UHGV virus genome: UHGV-0180032
Reading direction: 5' to 3' (one strand)
Length of the DNA stretch: 64,000 nt
Source of the DNA: a virus
Shown here: piece by piece, positions 48,341-57,901 of the stretch
How the letters are laid out: every line of letters starts with the position of its first letter
Position numbering within the stretch: position 1 is the stretch's first letter
The notes under the pieces: generated by a model
Told to the model about the DNA's origin: nothing
Seen by the model: the letters and a program-made list of their open reading frames with translations, nothing else
Database searches by the model: none
Translations under genes and position numbers: made by a program

Positions 48341-48984
48341 TGTTGATTCCTGAGCCGAGACTTCCCGATAAAATGGTCAGGATCGCGGCGATAGACCCCG
48401 GTACGAGCCATCTCGGGATGGCGGTGCTGGATTGGGAATATGGCAGCGACCAAGCCGAAGTGGTGTGGGCTGATACCATGCACGTATTAGACCCAACACA
48501 TCCAAGTGCGTTTGCAGAGTGTGTCGGTAAACGCGATGATCGCTTAGTAAAACTCGAAGCGTGCTACCGTGAGTTTCTTCGGATTGCGCGTCCGACGTTT
48601 GTTGCAACAGAAACGCCGTTTATGCGGCGGGCAAAACTCTCCGCGTATGAGTCTGGCGTAGAGTTACAGCTGATGTTAAGACGAGCGTTATGGGACGTGT
48701 TTCCAGAGAAAGTCTTACACGGGTTCAATCCGATTATTGTAAAATCATTCGTCGGTGTGGAAGCGAAAGGAACGGACAAAACAGATATGTTTCGTGCCGT
48801 AACGAAGTTGTATCGCGACCACGCGTTGTTTGATATTACAACGTTGGATGAGCACAGTATCGATGCCGTGGCGGTGGGGAATATCTTTGTCAGGGTAAAC
48901 CTGTTAAACTTGAATAGTCTCCTACCGCCAAAACAAAAGTCTGCTAAGACAGCAAAACGGCGGAGAAGACGTCGGAGGAAATAG
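48340..48984 (+). CDS. RuvC-like Holliday junction resolvase with poly-Arg C-terminus
   Basis: RuvC-like IAAIDPGTSHLGMAV near N-terminus, VATETPF and DAVAVGN acidic motifs; C-terminal KRRRRRRRK. Confidence 0.55.
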   Translation: MLIPEPRLPDKMVRIAAIDPGTSHLGMAVLDWEYGSDQAEVVWADTMHVLDPTHPSAFAECVGKRDDRLVKLEACYREFLRIARPTFVATETPFMRRAKLSAYESGVELQLMLRRALWDVFPEKVLHGFNPIIVKSFVGVEAKGTDKTDMFRAVTKLYRDHALFDITTLDEHSIDAVAVGNIFVRVNLLNLNSLLPPKQKSAKTAKRRRRRRRK

Positions 48985-48986
48985 CG

Positions 48987-49565
48987 ATGTCGCAACCAAC
49001 ACAAGACGTGTCAGCCGCAATTCTTGACATTCTTATCCAAGCAGGGAACAGAAAGTTAAGTAAAGAGCAGTCCGAAGAACTGTCTAAGATTCTCAAAGAC
49101 AACTTCGGTGACGACGTCTCTGTAGACGTAACGCGGTCGGGTACAAAGATTCTGTCGGAGTTACGCCCAACGCTTCTTGAGAACATTGGAAAGATGGCGG
49201 AAAACTTTCAGCAGCAAGCCACAAACGCTGTAGAAAGTTTAGGTGACGAAGTAAGCAAAGAAACGATGCTGACACTGTGGCCAAAACTTGCCGGTGCACA
49301 GAAGTTCATTATTGTTCTGCTTGCACTCGCCACCGTGGTCGTGACAGGCTTCTTAGCGTACGACACGCATCAGAACTATCCAACAGACAGTATGGAAGTG
49401 TTGTTTGTATCCTTACTTCCGCTGTTCGGACTGGTAGTATTTGCAACGTGGCCGATTAAAACATTGGCTTACAAGTCGTTGGAGATTGCTACCAAAGTTG
49501 TCGAGAAGAAACTTGAGAAATCAGGTCAGGTCGTCGCGAAGACGGAAACAAAGACAACGAAATAA
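48987..49565 (+). CDS. membrane protein (192 aa, two predicted TM helices)
   Basis: Hydrophobic segments FIIVLLALATVVVTGFLAY and VLFVSLLPLFGLVVFATW; terminator follows. Confidence 0.65.
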   Translation: MSQPTQDVSAAILDILIQAGNRKLSKEQSEELSKILKDNFGDDVSVDVTRSGTKILSELRPTLLENIGKMAENFQQQATNAVESLGDEVSKETMLTLWPKLAGAQKFIIVLLALATVVVTGFLAYDTHQNYPTDSMEVLFVSLLPLFGLVVFATWPIKTLAYKSLEIATKVVEKKLEKSGQVVAKTETKTTK

Positions 49566-49569
49566 AACC

Positions 49570-49609
49570 AACCTCTACCTTCGGGTAGAGGTTTTCTTCT
49601 TTTTATTTT
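49570..49609 (+). terminator. rho-independent terminator
   Basis: stem aacctctacc/ggtagaggtt with ttcg loop, then a T-run. Confidence 0.75.
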
Positions 49610-49653
49610 ACAATTTTTGATCATACTGTGAGACTTGAACATGGAGACTTATC

Positions 49654-50307
49654 ATGGAACCACTACGTTTAATGACCAGAACGCTACTGATTCCTATCTG
49701 GGAATTGAAGCTTACCCCATTGCCTGCCTCTAATGGGGAGTTCATCGATTTTATTAAAGACGAAGAATTTGTGTTGACGGCTTTCCAGGAGACGCTGCAT
49801 CGTTACTATAATGCGGTGCCTTTATCTGGCGGATTAGATTGCCCTGGTGTAGAAGGGAGTACGTCTGCGTTAATCGCAGAGTGTTTAGAACAGAAAGGAA
49901 TTGGGGTTGGGAAAGGTCGGGTTTATGTGGACGCTGATAAACTGAGGAGTTACCAGATTGAGCTGACGTTTCAGATAAGAAGATTACTTACCCAGTACGG
50001 TCTTTTCTCAATTAACTGTAAGGTTGATGACGTACGGATGTTAGACCACGGTTTTACCACCACCCTCAAAACTTGTCGCGGTAAAAGATTCGTACAGTTT
50101 GCGTGGTGGGTCCCGGTATTGCGTGGTGAGAGAAAAACGGTGGAGGGGTTGTACGGCTGGGCGCTATGGAGCGAGGTTCCAGTAAATAAACTCGATGCGG
50201 TTATTCCAAAGCACCGAAACGTTCCGCTTAGCAGTTTATTTACTTCCGGCGAGAACACTACGTGGGCTGAATTCGTTAATAACGTTATGTCAATTGGGGA
50301 ACAATAA
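49654..50307 (+). CDS. hypothetical protein (217 aa)
   Basis: ATG with GGAG 7 nt upstream. Confidence 0.65.
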   Translation: MEPLRLMTRTLLIPIWELKLTPLPASNGEFIDFIKDEEFVLTAFQETLHRYYNAVPLSGGLDCPGVEGSTSALIAECLEQKGIGVGKGRVYVDADKLRSYQIELTFQIRRLLTQYGLFSINCKVDDVRMLDHGFTTTLKTCRGKRFVQFAWWVPVLRGERKTVEGLYGWALWSEVPVNKLDAVIPKHRNVPLSSLFTSGENTTWAEFVNNVMSIGEQ

Positions 50308-50783
50308 TGCAGCAGTTAGATATTACTGAAGACAAAATCTCCGCTAAATTTCCACAATTACGTGAATACATCAAGGACTTAAACTCGATACGCGAATCAC
50401 CTGTTCGCATTACCTTAGCGGTAGAAGACGATATTACGCACGGTATTGCGATTTGGGAACCGGGTAATCTTATCTATTTGGTGGTGGCGGAAGGTTCTCG
50501 GCGTTTCGGTGTGGGTTCGTTCTTATTGCAGTACGTTCAGTTAAATTCCGATCGTCAAATGGTGACGTGTCGTGTCCACCCATCGAACATTGACGGTCTG
50601 TGTTTCTTTTCGAAAAAAGGCTACCAGATTGACCGTTGGTATATCGCCAGCGACTCTCGTCGGTATTTTCGTATGACGAACGGTAACGTTGTTTCGTCAT
50701 ACGCCCCGCCGGAAGAAGGATATTTGGTGGATTTTATCGAAAACACGCCCATCTTTCTCTCTGTTGCGGATAAAATTTATTAA
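50307..50783 (+). CDS. GNAT-family N-acetyltransferase
   Basis: GNAT motif A-like SRRFGVGSFLLQYV and motif B-like NIDGLCFFSKKGYQ. Confidence 0.6.
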   Translation: MQQLDITEDKISAKFPQLREYIKDLNSIRESPVRITLAVEDDITHGIAIWEPGNLIYLVVAEGSRRFGVGSFLLQYVQLNSDRQMVTCRVHPSNIDGLCFFSKKGYQIDRWYIASDSRRYFRMTNGNVVSSYAPPEEGYLVDFIENTPIFLSVADKIY

Positions 50784-50799
50784 CCGTTGAGAGTCTAAA

Positions 50800-51279
50800 A
50801 TGATACGTGTCGAGTATGAGACGCGGTGCTTAGAAGACAATCGAGCAAAAGCATTACGTTGTGTTGAAATTGTCCCCGCACACGAACTGGATATTCAAGC
50901 TGGTAAGGTTCGGGGCGTTCCGGTTAAGATCGTACAACATAGCCATTGTTCGCAATATAAAGAGAAAGCTGTCCCAGTAGTACGTTCCAGTAAACGAGAA
51001 GACTTTTCAGAACTCCGCAAGTGTTTTCAACGACACTACCGTCGGAGTAAATGGAAAGTGTTGGTATTAATGTTAGTCGACGATTTCATTAAAGACCTGG
51101 TTTGGGAAGAAGTGCTTAAAGAGCGTGGTTTTCAACCCAAACCGTTCTCGTATCACTGGGAACGTTTCAAAAAGAAATACCACGAGTCATTGCGTTGGTC
51201 TCCGAACACCCGGAATATGATGCCGCGTTTGGAATCAATGCCTTGGCTTCGTGTTTATCTCGATGAGGTAAACAGATGA
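50800..51279 (+). CDS. hypothetical basic protein (159 aa)
   Basis: ORF with SD-like upstream sequence. Confidence 0.6.
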   Translation: MIRVEYETRCLEDNRAKALRCVEIVPAHELDIQAGKVRGVPVKIVQHSHCSQYKEKAVPVVRSSKREDFSELRKCFQRHYRRSKWKVLVLMLVDDFIKDLVWEEVLKERGFQPKPFSYHWERFKKKYHESLRWSPNTRNMMPRLESMPWLRVYLDEVNR

Positions 51280-51665
51280 AACGTCTTATTACTCCATTTC
51301 TAATGTTACTTTCGTTTTCTGTATTAGCGGATTTTAAACCATTCGATATCAGTCGTTACGAACCCGCTGTTCCTGGCGATAAACCGGTTGTGTTTAAAGC
51401 AGATGACCAACCCGTCACTGCGGTTCAAAACGATGAGTTTGCAGTGGTGAATTACGGCAAAACGGACTTATGCCCTGCGGGTGGATTTTATCTGGTGAAC
51501 ATCAAACGCCGAACTTATCAGTTTGTTGATCCAGGTAGCTGCTCTGCAATGGTTAAGGTGACGTTAGAAACCGTACCTTACACGAATAAAAACATTAATA
51601 TACAACGTTTAACCTTTTATGCGGGTGATGAAATCACAGCACGTTATCCGTTATACGGGTATTAG
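51276..51665 (+). CDS. putative secreted/periplasmic protein (129 aa)
   Basis: N-terminal signal-peptide-like MKRLITPFLMLLSFSVLA followed by DF. Confidence 0.6.
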   Translation: MKRLITPFLMLLSFSVLADFKPFDISRYEPAVPGDKPVVFKADDQPVTAVQNDEFAVVNYGKTDLCPAGGFYLVNIKRRTYQFVDPGSCSAMVKVTLETVPYTNKNINIQRLTFYAGDEITARYPLYGY

Positions 51666-51689
51666 TGATTAGCCCCCCACGGAGTTCGT

Positions 51690-52325
51690 ATGTCTTTTGT
51701 AATTGATTTCGACGTTGGCCACAGACAGAACTTACTTAATCTCGTTAGTTATTGTAACAGCGACAGTGTACGGAAAAAGCTTTCGGCTGAAAAGGTAGAC
51801 GTTACGCTCGTCGGTGCCCCAACACCGGAAGGACGCTATAAGGTAAAGTTAACGAACCGTAACGACATAAACGATGCGGTACTGATTACCTACACAAAGC
51901 TTCAACTGAACGACTTCCTTGAGATTCCTGCCAAGTATCTGGATTGGTTTGATTTCGAAAACGGTCAACCTAAGAACTACGATACGTGGGCAGCTTCCGC
52001 TAAAGTCGCCGTAGAGAAAATGTGCCAAGACCGAGGTATGGGATATCGCGCTTGGGACACCGGTTCACAGTGCCACATTGAGTTTGACGAGTCTATCGAA
52101 CGCTATGTGGTTGTCTACGAGTGCGACTCTTTTATTTATAGTGCGAGAAACCGATTCATCTTACCCCTACACTTAGGGCAGGTGATTAACGACACGACAT
52201 TAGACGGTCTTGATTACAATAACGAACTGAACAAGAAACCATTGGCGGATTTGGACGGTGAGTTAGAAGTGTGGATGGGTCAGGCGTTGGTTGAGACAGT
52301 GGTCTTAAGCGGCCTGGAGATGTAA
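51690..52325 (+). CDS. hypothetical protein (211 aa)
   Basis: ATG with GGAG upstream; terminator follows. Confidence 0.65.
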   Translation: MSFVIDFDVGHRQNLLNLVSYCNSDSVRKKLSAEKVDVTLVGAPTPEGRYKVKLTNRNDINDAVLITYTKLQLNDFLEIPAKYLDWFDFENGQPKNYDTWAASAKVAVEKMCQDRGMGYRAWDTGSQCHIEFDESIERYVVVYECDSFIYSARNRFILPLHLGQVINDTTLDGLDYNNELNKKPLADLDGELEVWMGQALVETVVLSGLEM

Positions 52326-52337
52326 TAGTAACGGTGG

Positions 52338-52379
52338 GTAGAGAGAGCTTTCGGGCTCTCTCTACTTTTCTTTTTTTTC
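52338..52379 (+). terminator. rho-independent terminator
   Basis: stem gtagagagagc/gctctctctac followed by a 14-nt T-run. Confidence 0.8.
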
Positions 52380-52407
52380 ATTATCGACGGTCTTTATGGA
52401 GGTGACC

Positions 52408-52962
52408 ATGAAAGAATATAAAATCGCGATTATCGGGTCTCGAGAAACACCGGAAGACGTTATGCAGGAAATGTTAGACACGTTACGGGAAGGGTTTCGA
52501 ATCTTACGAAAGAAAGGTTACACGATTACCACCCGTTCTGGAGGGTGTTATAAAGGCCCAGACCAACTTCAGTTCATGTTAGCGCGTACCGAGGACGTTA
52601 AGAGCGTTTGTTATCTGCCGGATGAAAAGAAAATGTGGTTAGGGAAAATACACCCTAAGGTAGAGTTCCGTTATATCCCACAAGACGTGCAGTACCGAGC
52701 CGTTGTTGCTTCACTTCACCCAAACCCAGATAAGCTCTCACCGATTGCCTGGGCGTTACACGGTCGTAATCTGAACATCATCGCAGGTGACTGCTTAGAC
52801 GAACCGGTAGATGCAGTCTATTACTTTAGCGACCACGACAAACACGGAAACGCAAAAGGTGGTACTGCGATGGGTGTAAAATACGCGAAGTCAATCGACG
52901 TTCCTTGTTACTACCATACCGCCGATCGGGATAAGTGGTTAGAAAGTCTTCGTTTATTATGA
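52408..52962 (+). CDS. SLOG/DprA-like Rossmann-fold protein
   Basis: KIAIIGSRETP and TITTRSGGCYKGPDQ resemble the DprA/Smf GSR and SGGA.GID motifs; ATG 52408 with GGAGG upstream. Confidence 0.5.
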   Translation: MKEYKIAIIGSRETPEDVMQEMLDTLREGFRILRKKGYTITTRSGGCYKGPDQLQFMLARTEDVKSVCYLPDEKKMWLGKIHPKVEFRYIPQDVQYRAVVASLHPNPDKLSPIAWALHGRNLNIIAGDCLDEPVDAVYYFSDHDKHGNAKGGTAMGVKYAKSIDVPCYYHTADRDKWLESLRLL

Positions 52963-52998
52963 ACTTGACTTTAACCGTTTTACAAAGGAAATCTCGAT

Positions 52999-53883
52999 AT
53001 GCGTCGTAGTTGGATTGGCCAACAGGTGGGACACGAGTCTCGCGATCGTACCGACTCTTCTGCCTCGTATGGCCACCAGGTCTATTTGGAAATTATCGGT
53101 TTAGTGAACAACCGGTTACACGATGCTAAACGTGTTGTCACCGGCAAAATGAAAACGATGAAAGAAGACGCTGACCGATTAGAAGATCGGTTGAAAGACG
53201 TCAAAACGTTTTCTGCCAAAGTGGTTCCTGCGGGCACCTGGTGTGCGCGTGTGTGTTACGAAGACGTTCCTGATTTAAAAGAATGTCTTAAGTTAGTCGA
53301 TTCCGTAAACGGGTTCGAGGCGGCTGCGAAGAAATTCCTGGTTGTGACTAACCCGATGGCTATCGGCCCTAAAGAAGTTCACCGTAAAGTTGAAGACGGG
53401 ATGTTAAAAGAGTTGAGCTACTCCAGTAGTTCAGCGATTCACCGTGCGATGGGGTATATCCCTAATCTGATGGGAACGGAAGTTACTGCGTATCCGTTAG
53501 CAGGAAACGTCTACGTCGTTACGCAGGGTGAACTGGGTAAAAGTAAGACCACGTTCGGTATCGGTAACGGCGGAATGTATAAAGACACCATTGCCGCACT
53601 CACCGAGCGTGAATGTCACCAGGCGCTAAAAGCGGTGCGTAAGATTGCAGACATCATGGAATCTCGCAACGCGAAAAACGGACTTTTTGGCTACAGCGGT
53701 ATTTACCAAGAAGCTGAAAAGATTAAAGATAAAATGTACAAAGTCGATCGGGATGAAATCTCCGAGGTTAAACGCGCTTACAAAAACGTTATTAAGTTGG
53801 AAGACGCGGTGACCACTGCACTCGACCGAGTAGCGGATGGGTTGTTATCCTGGGTGAAAGCGACGATCAAAGCAAACGAGTAA
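52999..53883 (+). CDS. hypothetical protein, tandem paralog A (294 aa)
   Basis: Shares with 53890..55023 the pattern W..KVC.ED.P..K.C, AYP..GNV.VV, GY.GIY.E, YKN...LEDA.TT.L.RVA.GLL.W. Confidence 0.65.
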   Translation: MRRSWIGQQVGHESRDRTDSSASYGHQVYLEIIGLVNNRLHDAKRVVTGKMKTMKEDADRLEDRLKDVKTFSAKVVPAGTWCARVCYEDVPDLKECLKLVDSVNGFEAAAKKFLVVTNPMAIGPKEVHRKVEDGMLKELSYSSSSAIHRAMGYIPNLMGTEVTAYPLAGNVYVVTQGELGKSKTTFGIGNGGMYKDTIAALTERECHQALKAVRKIADIMESRNAKNGLFGYSGIYQEAEKIKDKMYKVDRDEISEVKRAYKNVIKLEDAVTTALDRVADGLLSWVKATIKANE

Positions 53884-53889
53884 ATTATC

Positions 53890-55023
53890 ATGTCAACGTT
53901 AGATAGCGACTTAGAAGTGCTTTGTGACGATTACGACCGACTCGTAGCGTTAGAATCCATTGGAGTAAAAGATAATTATCCGGCTATCGTTGCTATCCGT
54001 AAACGTTGGCTTTTGGATGATGTGGTTGTTGCGTCAGAGTCTGCGGCCATGATGCACCGTGCACAGTTTTTGTCAGACACGGAACCTGATAAAGGGATAG
54101 GCAAAGCGGCGGCGCGACTCACCGGACGTGCGGTTCGTGGCGTAAGTCGGGTAGCAGGACGTGCTGCCAGTGCAGGTGCAAAAGCATCCGCGAACTTTGC
54201 AGGTAAACATTCCAAACAACTTGCTCTACGTTTTGTGGATTTTGCTGAAGCTGCCGGTAAAGAAGTCATTAAGGAATTAAAAGAAGCGACGTCTAAAGCG
54301 ACGACCTTAGAACGCAAACTGCAAAAGTTAAATGCACGTTTAAGTTTAATCGGTGACAAAGACACCTTAAAACCGGTTGACTGCGACACGGGAAGCTGGA
54401 CGACCAAAGTTTGTTTAGAAGACAAACCTAACGTAAAAGCGTGTATTGAGTTCAGTAAGAACCTGAGCGCAATGGATGCGATGGTCAACGAGTATACCGT
54501 TAAAACGCGCACCATTATCGGTAAGAGCAAGAAAGTTACTGAGAGTGGCTTGGAGAAAGTAGGCCGGTCGACGAACTGGGCGATTAAACGTAGTGCAGGG
54601 TTGTTCGGTATTATCGATCCGTTTAAAACGGTGAAAGCGTATCCGTGGCCAGGTAACGTGGTGGTCGTTGAACACGACAACGGTAAGATTGAGTGGGCGA
54701 TTGCCCGTGATGGTGATTTTGGCCACACAATCAAATCTCTGAACTTACACGAAATCGGTTCAGCTCTCGAAGCCGTTGAAAAAATTATCCGAGCTTTACG
54801 TCAGCGTGGTACGAAGCGACGTAGCGTTGGTTATACCGGTATTTACGATGAAGTTCAGCGAATGAAAAAAGAGCTGAAGTCGTTAGACGGTCGTGAGTTA
54901 CGTGACGCTACCGTTCGGTATAAGAACGCACTGCGTTTAGAAGATGCGTTTACTACCTCGTTAGTGCGTGTTGCGGAAGGCTTACTGGAATGGTGCAGGT
55001 TGTCGCTGATTGAGGTTAAATAA
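53890..55023 (+). CDS. hypothetical protein, tandem paralog B (377 aa)
   Basis: Paralogous C-terminal ~220 aa to 52999..53883. Confidence 0.65.
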   Translation: MSTLDSDLEVLCDDYDRLVALESIGVKDNYPAIVAIRKRWLLDDVVVASESAAMMHRAQFLSDTEPDKGIGKAAARLTGRAVRGVSRVAGRAASAGAKASANFAGKHSKQLALRFVDFAEAAGKEVIKELKEATSKATTLERKLQKLNARLSLIGDKDTLKPVDCDTGSWTTKVCLEDKPNVKACIEFSKNLSAMDAMVNEYTVKTRTIIGKSKKVTESGLEKVGRSTNWAIKRSAGLFGIIDPFKTVKAYPWPGNVVVVEHDNGKIEWAIARDGDFGHTIKSLNLHEIGSALEAVEKIIRALRQRGTKRRSVGYTGIYDEVQRMKKELKSLDGRELRDATVRYKNALRLEDAFTTSLVRVAEGLLEWCRLSLIEVK

Positions 55024-55490
55024 TGCGCATCACTATTATTCTCAAACCCGACAGTAAATACGGAAAGTTATACGGCGACCAGGTACTCAAACTGCACAAC
55101 ATGTTGTTCGCAGAAGAGAAGGTGCGTATTAGTCAGTTAACTGGACGTGATACGTTCAACCCCATCGAACGTTTAGAAGAGATTTGGCCTCAAGATTATC
55201 TCTGTGCGTGTGCGGTGGGTGACAACGAACAGCTTCTGGGTTTTATGACGTTCTCATTGGGTTCTTGCTCAAAAGACACGTTTGTTTACATCGGGAATTA
55301 CTATGTGATTCCTGAAGCACGCTCTCAAGGGGTAGGGCGTGCGCTTATGGACAAAGTCCGTGAATACGGAAAGTCCAAAGGTTGTGGTTGGATGAGTCTG
55401 GATGTGTTAGACAACAACGTTAAAGCTATCTCCTTGTATGAGAAAATGGGATTCCGTACCGAATGCAGGGAAATGATAAAGGAAATCTAA
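55023..55490 (+). CDS. GNAT-family N-acetyltransferase
   Basis: ARSQGVGRALMDKV (R-x-x-G-x-G/A) and NNVKAISLYEKMGF motifs. Confidence 0.65.
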   Translation: MRITIILKPDSKYGKLYGDQVLKLHNMLFAEEKVRISQLTGRDTFNPIERLEEIWPQDYLCACAVGDNEQLLGFMTFSLGSCSKDTFVYIGNYYVIPEARSQGVGRALMDKVREYGKSKGCGWMSLDVLDNNVKAISLYEKMGFRTECREMIKEI

Positions 55491-55491
55491 A

Positions 55492-56124
55492 ATGGCTGCA
55501 AGATTCGTACCGTTTCATGACGGGTCTAGATATACTTTTGGTGTAGAGCGTTACGCTGTGGGTTTTCGTCCTGGTTGGAGAGTGGTACGGATCGATAAAG
55601 CGTGTTGGTGTTTACCGACCGGTATTTTTGATTACTTTACGCCTGAAGCTTTAACGCGGTTTGTTTCTCTGGGTTCTCCCACGCAACGTGCTGCGTGGGA
55701 AAAGAATATTCGTTGCCGTTATTTGGGTAAAACACGAAACGCGACGGTACGCGGTGTTTATCACGTAGGAAGCCGTTGGTTACACGTTGAGCCAACACAC
55801 CACCGTTGTGCGGTCACGCCCTTTAACGGTGAATATCACGGTCAGGTGTACACGGGGTTACATTTTGCGTTCCCGGATAACCCTGACCTTAATTATTTTC
55901 TGGCTACCCCGAAAGACGTTACATTAGCCACGTTCTATAAATACCTTTTGTTCTATCCTGCCTACGTCGTTGCAGAATACGAACACAAAGCATTTCCTCT
56001 GCCTTACGGTAGAGACAGGAGATTAGCAGGATGTTCTATCGAGAACTTCAGCAATACACCGACGCTCTCCGAAAAGCGACCATTGATGCTCACAACAACC
56101 TCAGAGATGTCGTTAGCGTTATAG
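55492..56124 (+). CDS. hypothetical Cys/His/Trp-rich protein (210 aa; 3' end uncertain)
   Basis: ATG immediately after upstream stop; last 94 nt overlap next gene in another frame. Confidence 0.5.
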   Translation: MAARFVPFHDGSRYTFGVERYAVGFRPGWRVVRIDKACWCLPTGIFDYFTPEALTRFVSLGSPTQRAAWEKNIRCRYLGKTRNATVRGVYHVGSRWLHVEPTHHRCAVTPFNGEYHGQVYTGLHFAFPDNPDLNYFLATPKDVTLATFYKYLLFYPAYVVAEYEHKAFPLPYGRDRRLAGCSIENFSNTPTLSEKRPLMLTTTSEMSLAL

Positions 56125-56402
56125 AACAGTGTTCGGATGTATTGTATGCGGAAACGATTGAAACGCCAACCCGCGACGGTGTGAAATCGCTCCAGCTACA
56201 CGTTTGTAGTAAACACGGCAGTCTGTCGTTAAACTTCCGTGTAGGTTTAGATTATTACATGGTTCGTAAGAGCTATTTAAGTTGTGACGGTGACCTCTAT
56301 CCGGTTGTCTGGAACAACGATTATTCTAAGTTTGTTTATCCACTTGAAGAACACCGACGCACGGTTTATGAATTTGTGAAAGCTGTTCTCGAGGGGTTCT
56401 AA
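56031..56402 (+). CDS. hypothetical protein (123 aa)
   Basis: ATG with AGGAGA upstream. Confidence 0.6.
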   Translation: MFYRELQQYTDALRKATIDAHNNLRDVVSVIEQCSDVLYAETIETPTRDGVKSLQLHVCSKHGSLSLNFRVGLDYYMVRKSYLSCDGDLYPVVWNNDYSKFVYPLEEHRRTVYEFVKAVLEGF

Positions 56403-56415
56403 AGAGGGTATTGTG

Positions 56416-57021
56416 ATGTCAGAGATGATTCTCGACTCATTACTGCTGATTACGGTGGCGTATATCAACAAAACCGGTAAGCTACCAAAGCGTGGGGTGA
56501 CGATTGAACGGGAGGGGTTTAAGCACCGCTACCCGTTAACGAAAGTTCTCGATTTGGCAGCGCGGTTAGCGAAGATGCGTAGACCGACGTCAGACGCAGC
56601 ACCGAAGTACGTCTTAGTGGTACTCCAACGTGCGATTTCTGAAGTTCGTCGTGCGCGTCGTCGTGCCTCGTTTCGCTTTTATCCAAACTCTACGCAACAG
56701 GTTGTGGGGGTCTATAACGAAATGGTTGTTGATTTACGTACCGAACACTGTAACGTTACAGGACTTGCGTATAACCGCCTCAAACGCATTCTGGACGACT
56801 CAGACGCGTTTACCACACCGCAAGAAGGTCAAGCGGCTTTAGCGCTTCTACGGGGCGCTGAGCTCGTTATTGTGGACACCGCAGTACAGGCCGCAAGAAT
56901 GCAGCACTATCTTGCTAAGCAAGGGTTAGTTTTACTGTGTGTACCGTCTGCACAGGCTGCTAATCTTACCGCACCGGAAACGTCAGAAGTGTGGAGTGGT
57001 CCAATTGTTGACCATCAATAA
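56416..57021 (+). CDS. hypothetical protein (201 aa)
   Basis: ATG 56416 with AGAGGG upstream; terminator follows. Confidence 0.6.
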   Translation: MSEMILDSLLLITVAYINKTGKLPKRGVTIEREGFKHRYPLTKVLDLAARLAKMRRPTSDAAPKYVLVVLQRAISEVRRARRRASFRFYPNSTQQVVGVYNEMVVDLRTEHCNVTGLAYNRLKRILDDSDAFTTPQEGQAALALLRGAELVIVDTAVQAARMQHYLAKQGLVLLCVPSAQAANLTAPETSEVWSGPIVDHQ

Positions 57022-57028
57022 AACCTTA

Positions 57029-57063
57029 CCCCTACCTCACGGTAGGGGCGGGTTTCTTTTTTA
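57029..57063 (+). terminator. rho-independent terminator
   Basis: stem cccctacc/ggtagggg followed by gggtttcttttttatc. Confidence 0.7.
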
Positions 57064-57159
57064 TCCTAAAATTTATTACAACCAATAGCTATTATGTGAA
57101 CGCCGGTATGGAATAAAGAAGTATCGGTTTAAATTTTTGTGCGTAAAGGTAAAACAATA

Positions 57160-57783
57160 ATGCTTAAGACAGTGTCTATTGATGGCCCTGACTTTTCTGG
57201 GAAATCGACGTTGTGCAAAATGGTAAAAGGTATGCTGGAATCTGCGGGGTTAAAGGTCTGCATCCGTAATCACCCTACGACGGAGACCGAAGCGGGTATC
57301 CGTGCACGCAGTTTAGTCATTCAGTCCGCAGCAAAAGCAAAAATTGCCGAAGCGATGTGCGACGATTTCCTTCACACATTAGACCATGTTGTTGACGATT
57401 ACGATGTTGTTATTTTCGACAGGTTCTGCCCCTCTACAGTCGTTTACCAGGGCGTCGACGGTAAAGACGAAGTTTTCCGACGTAAGCTAACGCGTCATTT
57501 CCACGCACCCGATTTGTACGTTTGGACGGACGTGGATTACGACGGCGCAGTAGCACGCTTTAAGAAACGGGTAGAAGAACAAGGTAAGAATTGGGACGAT
57601 GAAGTCCTTACCGTTAAGTATTTAAAAGACAGCCAAAGCTGGGAAGCGTTACGTGACCACTACCGTTTCGCACACCACATTCTCACTGAAGGCGGTTGTC
57701 TGCACCATTTATTACCCGTGAAGCAAGACGACGATTACCGTTTAAAAGCGGCTGAAATCGTTGCTTGTATTTTAGAGAATTAA
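57160..57783 (+). CDS. tmk: thymidylate (dTMP) kinase-like
   Basis: P-loop IDGPDFSGKST; DRF.PSTVVYQG matches the Tmk DR(Y/F)..S...YQG motif; ATG 57160. Confidence 0.7.
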   Translation: MLKTVSIDGPDFSGKSTLCKMVKGMLESAGLKVCIRNHPTTETEAGIRARSLVIQSAAKAKIAEAMCDDFLHTLDHVVDDYDVVIFDRFCPSTVVYQGVDGKDEVFRRKLTRHFHAPDLYVWTDVDYDGAVARFKKRVEEQGKNWDDEVLTVKYLKDSQSWEALRDHYRFAHHILTEGGCLHHLLPVKQDDDYRLKAAEIVACILEN

Positions 57784-57790
57784 TCACACA

Positions 57791-57826
57791 CCCCTACCTT
57801 CGGGTAGGGGGTTATTTAATTTTTTC
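57791..57826 (+). terminator. rho-independent terminator
   Basis: stem cccctacc/ggtagggg with ttcg loop, then a T-rich tail. Confidence 0.7.
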
Positions 57827-57828
57827 TC

Positions 57829-57866
57829 AGATAGATATTACCTTAGTGAGATTACGCTGTAATCTC
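57829..57866 (+). promoter_or_regulatory. phage promoter motif (AGATAGATATTACCTTAGTGAG) plus perfect inverted repeat GAGATTAC-GCT-GTAATCTC
   Basis: Near-identical over ~75 nt, including 5' UTR, to the copy at 22072; ~35 nt upstream of HTH gene ATG 57902. Confidence 0.5.
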
Positions 57867-57901
57867 TTTACGACTTGTTCTACAGATTAGGATTAATTAT
57901 C

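Noticed and set aside
49641-49733. Alternative 30-codon ORF starting at ATG 49641, upstream of gene 49654 in another frame
   Set aside because: The SD GGAG at 49643-49646 is correctly spaced for ATG 49654, not for 49641, and the 49654 frame gives the long ORF.
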